Shown: piece after piece, positions 35,901-45,600 of the stretch
How positions within the stretch are numbered: the first letter of the stretch is position 1
How the letters are laid out: each line of letters opens with the position of its first letter
Source: Thalia democratica
Taxonomy: Eukaryota
Assembly (NCBI GenBank): GCA_965202585.1
Contig: OZ241831.1
Location: 40,114,001 to 40,178,000 of the forward strand
Length of the DNA stretch: 64,000 nt
Reading direction: 5' to 3'
The notes under the pieces: model-generated
Seen by the model: only the letters and a program-made list of their open reading frames with translations
Database searches by the model: none
What the model was told of the DNA's origin: nothing
Translations under genes and position numbers: made by a program

Positions 35901-38900
35901 TTGTATAAAGTATAATTAAAACTTGATTATATTACTAACTAGTATTTTGTTTTAAACTCAGATTATTTGGTAGTTTGAAACTTTATAAATAATAAATGAA
36001 GAAAATGTATTAACTTGGTTTAAAAAAAAGAGTCAATTTTTAGCAGATGAATATATATTTTTAGTTTTTTAATTTAACTTTAGAATGCATGCTACTTAGT
36101 TAATATTTTACCAGTAAAGTAAACATGCAGCAATTAGTTTAATCAGATAGATAAAGTTCATTTCACAAAGTAAATTGCAACTTTAAACGTGATTTGCATT
36201 TATGCATTTTTACAACATTTCGTTAACTATTTCCTTCTACTGCATTTAATATTACAAAGCATTTAAAATACACTTATTTTATCCTTAAAAGGAATTTTAT
36301 ACTAATCTGTAAAAGATCAAAATAAGTTTATTTTTATAATTTAAATTTTTTACTTAAAATAGATCACTTGCTATCTTACAACTAGGTTACCTTTTGTTTT
36401 TTTTTTAATTTTTTAAATATAAACTGACCAACAACTAATATTTTTTTCTGACCAATCAGGAGTCGGTGTCGCCGGCGCAAACACCGACGGAGCCGCCGAA
36501 GAAGAACTGGAGCAGGTGGTTCGGGTTCAGGAGTCAGGCGGACACCCGGCAGCAGGGGGATGCCACTTCATCGGGTGCCCAGGACGACACGGAGGTCGCC
36601 GTCATAATGGACCCCACCGAAATTAACGGGTTCGTTGTCATGTGAGAATTTTTCGACGACTGACTAATTTTTTAAAATATGTTTTATTAAAAAAAAATTG
36701 AATTAGGTCTAAGCTATTACTTTACTTTGTATTTTTAAGTATGTAAACGTTTAATGACAGTGACGAGTTGAAGGAAAACATTGAAACTAAAAATGAAAAA
36801 AATGTGACAATGGAAGATTTGCTGGCGAGCACGAATAAAAATTTGATGAAAACAACAAGACTAACACCGCAGCAGCTGGTACTTATTGTTTATTACATTA
36901 TTAAATAAAGAAATAGATTGTAAGAATTTTTATGTTGAAAGTAGCTGTTTTTAATAAAAAAATAACTGTTTTTTTATTTTTATTGATTTATCTGACTTCG
37001 TAAATACTTTATGGAAAAAAATATTATTTGTTTTTATTTTTTTAGCTAAAGTGGGTGGCATCGTGTGATTGTGGTTTTTAATTTTTAGAAAAATTCATTG
37101 TTTTTTCTTGTCACGTATTTGTTGTTTTGATTTTGGAATATTTATTTTATTAAATTTACAAAAACACAACAACTTTAAAAAAATAATATTTTAAAGTTTA
37201 AAGTACAAAATGTATAAATCTAAAGTTATTTTAATTTCAAAAACTGATGTTTTGTTTAAAAACAATTTCAAATTTTTTAATCTTTTTTAAAGAACTTAAA
37301 TATTAATTTTTTATTGGTGTATTGTTTAAACAACAACTTGTTTAAATGCTTATTATAAGCAATTGCCCGTAAATAAACAATTAATACAGTAAATACAGTT
37401 AATTAGATTTTAAACAGTTAAAAACCCATGACTTTTCTAAAAAAAAAATACTTTCTATCAGATAATATTTTACAAAAAAATAAAATTTACTTATGCACAT
37501 ATATCACAAGTAAAATAAATACCTAGAAAAAAAATTCAAACTCATATAACTTTAAAAAAAAACTACTTGAAAAAATTTTAAATCTCAGACATAAAAACCT
37601 AAACAAATGTAACTAGATTAGTTTTAATTTTAAAACTCGCCTGTAAAAAATTATATTGAAATTACGTTAAAACGAGACTGAAAAAAAACAACAAATAATT
37701 TTTTAGAAGTAAAGATAAAATAAAATTATGTCCTTTAAAAATAAATATATTCACCAACAGGCGGACCTGCAGCTGAAGGAGGGCGCCAACACGATCACGT
37801 TCAGCGTGACGACGCAGTACCAGGGGACGAAGCGTTGCCACGCCAACATACACCGGTGGAAGTGGAGCGACAAGGTGGTCGTCAGCGACATCGACGGCAC
37901 CATCACCAAGAGCGACGTGTTCGGCCAGATACTGCCCGTCGTCGGCAAGGACTGGACGCAGGGCGGGGTGGCCAAGCTGTACCACAACATCAGCAGGTGG
38001 TATTTTTGATAGTAAAGTAAAACTAGTGGTTTTATTTAAACTTTAGAGTGATTACTGTCACATCTGGTATTAAATGTGAAAATTATCTTAAACGTTCTTA
38101 ATTTTTTTTGTTTGTTTTGCGCTTTTTAGTTTAGTTTTTTATCTACCCTAACTTGAAATGTTTGGGACGTGAATCAGGAGAAAATAAAAATTTTCATCTT
38201 TGTGTTAAAATATTTTTTCATTTCGTTTTCCATTACTAAACTAATATATTGTTTACTTATTGTTTGATCACTCACAGTAACGGATACAAGTTCATATACT
38301 TGAGCGCGCGGGCAATAGGCCAGGCATCGATGACGAAGGACTATCTGAACTGGGTGAACCAGCACGGCGTTACATTACCCTCGGGTCCGTTGCTACTCTC
38401 CCCATCTTCACTACTCACTGCTTTTAAAAGGTAATTTGATGTGCTTTGCAATACTTTTGTTCCAATACAAATAATTCACTAGACTTCTTACACTCTTAGG
38501 TATTTCACTATTGTTTAGAAAGCATAATTTAAAATGTTTACGTATTTTAGATAGTTGTCAACTAAAAGTTTTTTTTTAAATTGTGGTATAATTATTTTTT
38601 AATTAGAATGTTTAAAATACTTTATAGTTTCTATCAGACTAAAGTTATGCCAGTTTTACAGTTACACAGTGACTAATTTATAACTTGTTTTCGTCAAGAA
38701 TTTTAAGGTCTACCTTTAAAAGGCTTGTTTTTCTCTTTACTGATGTAAATTGGTATAGTTGTAGAATTCTTTTCACTAAAATGTAGACTGCATGTTTATA
38801 TGCATAACCTATTTGAACACAACAAAAATATTTCCACAGAGAAGTGATAGAAAGGAAACCCGAAGTGTTCAAGATAGCTTGCTTGAACGACATAAAAAGT

Positions 38901-40032
38901 TTGTTTCCCATCGGTGAACCTTTCTATGCCGGATTCGGTAATAAAAAGACGGTTAGTAATCGTTGTTTTTAAAAGTGGTTTATAGCTGACTTAAGGTTAT
39001 GCTGTTTTATTTACATTTACTAGTTGTTGAGTTATCCATTTCAAAGTTGTTTTAAGTAAATTAGCTTTATGATAAAAATGTAACCTTGTATTGTTGTTTT
39101 CAGTACTAAAAGAAAGTATAATATATTTTAAAATTTCAAAATGTTTTACTTATCCAAGTGGTAATACGAATTGATTTGTTTGATTTCCAGGATGTGATAT
39201 CGTACGAGGCAGTGAACATACCCAAGGAAAGAATGTTCACAATAAACCACAGGGGTGAGCTGGTGCAAGAAAACATCCCCACATACCTTACTACGTTGGT
39301 TTAATTATTCTACAAAAAATATTGACTCTTTTATTTAAAGAATATATATAATGAAACAACTAAGTTACTTTATAAGCATTTGAATATTATATGTTTGAAT
39401 TATTTTGAATTATTCCCACATACCTTACTACGTTAGTTTTTTTTTTTTTCAATAATTAACTGATTACTAATATTTTAATTAATTATTTATTATTTAATTT
39501 AGTTATTTATTTAATTACTTATTATTTTTTAATTATTATTTTTGTTAATAATAACACTACTATTTATTAATTACTAACAAGTTTATACTTGAAACAATAT
39601 AAAATATTTGAAACTTGTTTACTCTAATTATGTTCACAAACCAAGTTTGTGTAAACAACTTAAAACGTTGCTGACTTGTACTCATTTCGAAAACAAGTTT
39701 TGAAACTTGAAAAATAGCGGCCTTAAAAAGTAGAAAGCCGTAATATAGATAATACATTTTTTCATGAAAACAGTATTGATTTTCCGAGCTTAACTGACTT
39801 ATCAGAACAGTAACACCTTTAATTACAGTATTTTAAATATAAATTCTGAGTTTAAATTTCAATTTTATCACCCAGGTTGTCAGACTTGGGCTTGGTGGTG
39901 GACAACTACTTCCCGTACATGCGCCCTAACCAAGCAAACCTGGGCCAGGAAAATTATTCCGACTTCTCGTTTTGGAAGAGCGACGTCCCATCTATTAGCG
40001 ATGACGAAATCAAAAAATTAATGGGATTATAA
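20987..40032 (+). CDS. Lpin: Lipin (Mg-dependent phosphatidate phosphatase), 20 coding exons, 841 aa
   Basis: Exons 20987-21059, 21311-21417, 21859-22031, 24646-24804, 25296-25388, 28197-28253, 28606-28685, 29255-29444, 31806-31858, 32114-32247, 33288-33409, 34139-34206, 35691-35857, 36460-36629, 36761-36878, 37761-37996, 38278-38430, 38840-38951, 39191-39294, 39876-40032. All GT-AG, phases consistent, 2526 nt in total. N-LIP ([33 protein letters not shown]), polybasic [32 protein letters not shown], middle domain, C-LIP with DIDGT at 37887-37901 and GFGN. Exon 5 and the exon 14 donor (36630 versus 36642) are less certain. Confidence 0.95.
23133..23268. promoter_or_regulatory. Candidate intronic enhancer: CCAAT + SRE-like + E-box
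   Basis: ATTGG 23133-23137; GTGGGGTGAC 23149-23158 (reverse GTCACCCCAC, 9/10 to the SRE-1 sequence ATCACCCCAC); CACGTG 23263-23268. Confidence 0.4.
27397..27514. promoter_or_regulatory. Homotypic cluster of four PAR-bZIP/NFIL3 (D-box-like) sites
   Basis: CTTACATAAC 27397-27406, GTTACGTAAC 27429-27438, GTTACGTAAG 27477-27486, CTTACATAAC 27505-27514. Confidence 0.45.
34265..34500. repeat. Diverged ~113-bp tandem duplication in lipin intron 12
   Basis: TTGAGTTTAG...AAACTTTTA...TTGTAT...TTCATGAGGAA...TGTTTGCTTTA occurs twice, starting at ~34271 and ~34383. Confidence 0.7.
35180..35620. repeat. Diverged ~265-bp-period duplication in lipin intron 12
   Basis: AAACTGTTT...AAATCTCAA(C/G)CACAAAATCT...TTGATT(T/A)A occurs at ~35190 and ~35460. 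Confidence 0.55.
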
Positions 40033-40033
40033 A

Positions 40034-40039
40034 AATAAA
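40034..40039 (+). terminator. Possible polyadenylation signal after the lipin stop
   Basis: AATAAA directly after the TAA (40030-40032), with a second at ~40049-40054. AATAAA is common in this AT-rich DNA, so support is weak. Confidence 0.25.
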
Positions 40040-41844
40040 CTTGATATAAAATAAATGCGAGTTTAGATTGAGGAAAAGTTTTTGTGAAAAATTTTGTAAC
40101 TTTCTGCCTAATTTGCGTGTTTGACGAGGTTTTATAGGTTCCTACAAAATATATTTTTTTTAAGAATTTAAGCTTTAAAAAATGTTTTAAGATAAGTGAG
40201 TTTTTTCTGTGATAGTGCTTTGCTGTGTAGCTAAATTAGGAAAAACTGACTTTAAACTGGTTTTGAAAGAAATTAAAAAGTGTGGGAAAGCTTTAATTTT
40301 GTTTTAATCCAGGTTGTGACTGAGTTGTTATTTTTCTTTCAATCATGGCTAGTTATGAACTTCTACAAGTCTGCTGCAAAATACGGGGCTTTTGTTGTTA
40401 AGGTTCAAATTTAAATGATTTGTTTTAGTATTAAGAAGAAAAAAAAGACTGCTGTGTTTTATGCGATTTAAAAGAATCCTCAAGTTTAAATTTTGTTTAT
40501 ATTTTAGAGCTTTAAGTTTTCGATTTTAAGTTTTGAAGAACAGCTTTGATATTATTTCAATCCATAAAAATATCACTTTCAAAATTATATTTCTTTTTAA
40601 ACTCAGAATTATTAATTGATTATTATTTAGTAATTAATAATAATCTCTGTAGTCCTATTCCAATTTACTTTCATCCATTTAAAAAAATTTAAAGCTTTTT
40701 AAGTTCTATGCACAGAATTATTCTTTAGTTAATTTAATTTTAAATGATAGATAAATTTTTGCTAATCTTGCTAATTTAAGTTAAATTAAAAGGCTTGTGC
40801 TAATATCCATACTTTATGTCCAAATATTTTTGATGTGATTTCGTAATAGAATGCTCTCTAATCCGTTTAAAAGTCTTATACACTGTCGTATGTTTTCTTA
40901 ATTTTATGCTTGAAAATTTTGTTCTTATTTTTTTAAAGCTGTATAAAGCCAATATAATTATCTTGTCATTTTGATAGAGAAAAACTAAATGATTGTCGAT
41001 ACGTAATAATAATCTAATTTCTCTTAAAATTTTTGATAAAAAATCTACCACAGAGTACATGAGTTAATTATTTTGAATATTTTAATATATTTAATTAAGC
41101 GTTTCTAGATAATTTTTCGTTAATTGTTAGTAATAGGTAATGCGTTCTGCAATTCTTTATAAAGTTAATTTATTTTGGTAATTATGTTCTTTCGTACTTA
41201 CTTAATTGAAATATCTTTCTTTATTCGATATCCATCCATTTTAATTGCTCTCAAGTAAAAGTGTAAATATTTCTCACGAGCTACTGTTTTTCTTTTTTGA
41301 AATAAACTTTCGTCTAAATTTTATTTTGTTGTTTGTTTATTTTTGATAGTTAGTAAAAAAACATATGTTTTGACAGTATTTATTTATCCACCAGCATAAA
41401 TTCTAGTTTTAGATTAGGTCTAAAATTATATGGTAGGTACCATTTAATTTTTTTTTTTTAAACTTTTTAAAAGTGAAATAAAATAATTTAGTCTCAAATA
41501 GGGTGTTCCCTTTTAAAATGACAAGTTTTTATAGTTTTAAGTTGTTAGAACTTGGAATTTCGAATAATATTTGACAAGCGTTTAAACTAGGGTTAACAAA
41601 GTGCTTTTCATACACGTCCCTTTAGCAGAAATTTAAAAGCATATTTGTCCTTATTTGTTAAATATCGCTCCTTTAACCGTTAAATCCTCATGTACCTTTT
41701 CGCTACCACACCAATTAATGCATCTTGATAGCTAAAATCGCCATTAGAGAAGAAAATATGTTGACAACTTGTTGAACCAACAAGTAACAATGATTACTTT
41801 TGAGAAACCCTGTACTCATTTTTCTTTGGACATATTATTTAGGT

Positions 41845-42106
41845 CAGGTTTTTCCAAGTTAGGTCGTACGGCCCTCGTTTGGGCCATCTTAGAAAATTTA
41901 CAAGGCTATAATTTGAAATCTATGCCAGATATTCTGTAGTTCAGAATGAAAAGCAAACAAAGTTCTCTCGTTTTGAAACTTTTACCACATAACACAGTAA
42001 AATGTATTGCGCTCGCTATATTTCTATGAAATTTTAATGGAGAGGGGAAACGCTTTTTAAATGACTTCAAAGGGGGCTTTGCAAAAAAAAAAACTTGGAA
42101 CCCCCA
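41845..42106. mobile_element. Degenerate hAT-type MITE
   Basis: Left end CAGGTTTTTCCAAGTT, right end AACTTGGAACCCCCA. The flanking 8-mers ATTTAGGT and GTCTAAGT match at 5/8 positions, with only transition mismatches (decayed 8-bp TSD). Confidence 0.55.
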
Positions 42107-42114
42107 GTCTAAGT

Positions 42115-42675
42115 TGAAGGTGGTAAACTCTCTACTCTGCAGGCCAAATGTGGCAATCTTTTGTATGTAAAAGGTATTTTTTCTATCAATGCTAATAAAT
42201 GTATATTTTCTATTTTGCAGGCCGCACGACGCACTATTTTGTACATTACTTTAAGTATAAAATGCTTTTTATATTACTAGTGTATAGCATTTATTATTAA
42301 GAATAAAACATTGAAACTTTTTATTTTAATATAGGGGTGTTTTAATTTTATTTTAATATAGGGATGGGCAACGTGTGGCCTCCGGGCTGCATCTGGTCCA
42401 CAAAATTCAAGTCACCAACTTGCAAAAGGTAAAATTGCGAATACAAACTTGACCACTGAATCATTTTTTGCAAGTTACGCTAAATATTCTGGATTTGATA
42501 TAAAAAACAAAAGGTCTTAAGAAGAATTTACGGGAGATTTGAAACTTACGCTAAATACAGTAAGAAAAAAGGTCACGTATGATTAGTATTTAGTCGAATT
42601 AAGTCTGTACCTGTCGTGAGTAGAATGAATTTGAAGTGCTCCGACCAACTGTCTGAAACATTTTCCCACTTTTAC
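42115..42675. mobile_element. Remnants of further hAT-type MITEs
   Basis: TAGGGATGGGCAACGTGTGGCCTCCGGGCTGCATCTGG at 42359, a similar decayed end near 42117, and internal AAAAGGTC motifs. Right boundaries are uncertain. Confidence 0.45.
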
Positions 42676-43439
42676 TCTAGTATAAGCAACAACAAAAAAG
42701 CATTAACATTATTTTAGTGTTATATACCATTTGCAACTTAATATCAATAGATTATTCATTTTGTTTTATATTTTATTACACAAAGCTTTTCAAAACTATA
42801 CGAGTTTCATTGTCAAGTGATAAATTAAAAATGAAATTTGAAAAATATTTTGGTAAGTGAACAGCTTTAAAAAATAACTTTAAATTATGACGTATGAATA
42901 AATTCAAATAAATGCAAAATTTAGAGATTTAGCAAGTAAAAATAAAGATATGTTTATAAATAGATTGTTAATAATTTTGTTTTTCCATTTAATGCTATTT
43001 GCGTATTTAAATAAGGTCGCTTTTCCTCAATCAATATTGATTCCAGGCTGTAGAGTTCGCTTTGCTTACATCGTTTCAAAACTTTAAAGTTTTGAACTAT
43101 GTCAGAGTTTTGACAGGGTGTGCAAATAAAAAGATGTTCAAATATTGCGCTGTTTTTATCTGTTCCGCAGTGGTCTGTAATTCGTCGGAATATTTCCCGT
43201 GATGTTTCTCCAATGTTAAAGATGCTCTGCTCTGCAGGGCAGGTGTATTTGTAAATAACATTTGCGTCAAATACTTCCGAGCGTTTACTTTTGTTGCTGA
43301 AGTAGTCAGAAACATTTTTGCTGGTGTTAAAAAGTTTCTGACTACTTCACCACACCAGGTCCTAAAACCAAATATTTTGAGAAATTTTTTCTTTGTTCAA
43401 CAAACTATAATCTAAATTAATAATTAACATAATCTGACA

Positions 43440-43945
43440 TGAATCGTTATTTTATCTAAAAAACTAACTAAAGTTTTTATCAATTTAATATTTGTGGCAC
43501 ATATATAAAAAATAAAACAACTTGTTTGGACATTATTGTACATGTTCCAATCACACGTGTCTCTGTTGTTTTGTTCTTTTGTAATTTTTGTTTTTGGTTT
43601 TCTTCGATTGTATGATGCAAATAAAGAGTTGAAAGCTTTATCTCGAATAAAAAACACGGCTGCCATTGTTAATTTAATTTTTTTCTTTTTTTAAAACACA
43701 AAAAAAAATTGCATTAGTTTAACCAACTTTAACTTCTGTTGATAATATTAAAAACGATCAGGTGCCAATATTTAACAATGATATACACACAGACAAAAAG
43801 AAAAGTAATTTACTTTAAATCTACTGAATACGTTTTTTTTTAATATCTTACAGCATTTGTAGCAGTGCAGTGTGAAGTTTAAACTTGTTATATTTACTTT
43901 ATCCTGGTGACTGCTACTTTGTTGTGAAGAACTATTTAAGTTTTT
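43440..43945 (-). repeat. ~500-bp dispersed repeat, copy A (copies B at ~48835-49330 and C at ~50583-51070 are on +)
   Basis: Shared blocks GCAGTCA(C/T)C, GGCACC(T/A)GATCGTTTTTAAT, CAATGGC(A/T)GCCGT, CAATCGAAGAAAA and ACGTGTGA. Confidence 0.85.
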
Positions 43946-44044
43946 CAGTGAAGCTAGTATTTTGATCTAAATAAAATAAATTTAGATTATTTAGAATTAT
44001 TACTAAGTGTCTTAAAATTCCAAAAAGTTTTACTCTAAACCAAC

Positions 44045-44283
44045 CAGGGTTTCCCAAAGTGAGCCATAATCAGCAAAGGGGGGGGGGGGGATGAGTTCAT
44101 AGTTAGAAAATTATATTAGGTATTCTGGATTTGATGGTGAAGAGCAAAAAAAAAAGTTCTAAATGTACTAAAAGTTCGAGTTGTACTAAACGTAAGTTTA
44201 AAGAGAAGAAACCTTGTTGGAGGGGTCATAACTTGTTTTGTTTCTTTATAGGGATCTGTATGAAAAAAATTTGGGAAACCCTG
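44045..44283. mobile_element. hAT-type MITE, 239 bp, perfect 14-bp TIR
   Basis: CAGGGTTTCCCAAA at 44045-44058 and TTTGGGAAACCCTG at 44270-44283; internal G13 run. No matching TSD. Confidence 0.75.
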
Positions 44284-44832
44284 CTGTTTACAGTAATGGC
44301 TAATTGTTAAGAGTAATAAGTTTTACATTTCACGAACAAAAAATTAAATTTTTAAAATATAATTCAAGATAATTTTAAACGATGCACTTGCCGAAATTGC
44401 ACTCAGTAAAATAATAACCTAACTAAACTGAAACTGATAGGTAGGCTTAAATGGTATTCCAAATAGCATCGTTTAAAATATTCGCGTTAAAAAGCTAAAT
44501 TTCAACTTTAAAAAAGTTTTTTTTAATCGTTAGAAGTTCACTCACCTGTCACAGGCTTTTAAATAGTTTGTAATTTTAATTTTTTTAATTAGTTTAATTT
44601 TTAGACCACTATTAGACAACCAATAACGCCAAGTAACACAAAGCATTTAGAGCAAAATCTTTGATATTTTTTTATTTTACAATGCATTAAAAGGCTACCT
44701 GGTTGGTAAAAGTAACCATAGTGAAAGGCGACTGAGGGTGGAAAAAAAAAGACAAGGATATATTAAAAACACTTTAACTTCCAATCCAATTAAATAGATA
44801 TTAAAAAAGTGAACTGCTATGAAAATGTTTTA

Positions 44833-45600
44833 CAGTAACCTCTCGGATCTTTACGCACTCGTGACGTTACGCACTCTCGTTTAGTTACGCATTTCAGAAT
44901 TCTATAAAATTCAGAAAACAAAATTTTTATTTTTTTCTAATATTGCACAAATTAGGTTTAATGTATATTTTTAAATTAAAATATGTTTTTGAATGCTAAC
45001 ACACCTCTCTATATATTTAGACTTTGTAAATTTATGTTCCTTGACTAATTGATAAACATTTAGTTATACCTCAGTATATCAGAAATTTTGTTAACAATAA
45101 GAGAATAAATCAAAATTCTGAAATAAACATGACTGTGTTTAATAATGATAGTATAATGAAATAATGAGAGTTTAAAACACAAAGAAATAATACAGCAGTC
45201 TTGCCCTATATATTAATAAACACCATTTCATAATTGTAAAGACATTCTTAATTATAAATTGAATTTGCTAAGTAGAATAGAATATAAATGTCACATATAA
45301 ATAAAGATAATTTCTACTTATTGTTGAAATAGTAAAATTATTTCTACTCGTATTATTATTATTTTATAGATCCTTTTTTTTAATATATGTCTAGTTTTAT
45401 CTGTTGTTTTCATATTTATAAATGAAGTAAACAAATAGTTAAAAGTGGGAAAGTGCCCAGTCTGCTTTTAACTTGAAGCAATATTAAAAAACAGCCATTA
45501 TAGTGAGTATATTTGGTACCTCTCGTTTCTTTACGATCTCTCATATCTTTACGAACTTTTTCTGTGGACACAATGTGCGTAAATAAGCGAGAGGTTACTG
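44833..45600. mobile_element. Tc1/mariner (pogo/Tigger-like) non-autonomous element, 768 bp
   Basis: TA|CAGTAACCTCTCG...CGAGAGGTTACTG|TA. The TIR extends imperfectly to ~26 bp, with TTACG(C/A)A subterminal repeats. A TA TSD is diagnostic of the superfamily. Confidence 0.85.

Noticed and set aside
37920-37934. FGQIL instead of the LxxIL coactivator motif
   Set aside because: A single conservative substitution that may be common in invertebrate lipins; novelty cannot be claimed without an alignment.
37761-37996. Horizontal transfer of the GC-rich exon
   Set aside because: It is an in-phase internal exon of a typical metazoan lipin, and other exons of the gene show graded GC3.
37662-38020. Four overlapping ORFs on both strands
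   Set aside because: Expected consequence of 96% GC3 removing off-frame stops; only the lipin frame has motifs and splice support.
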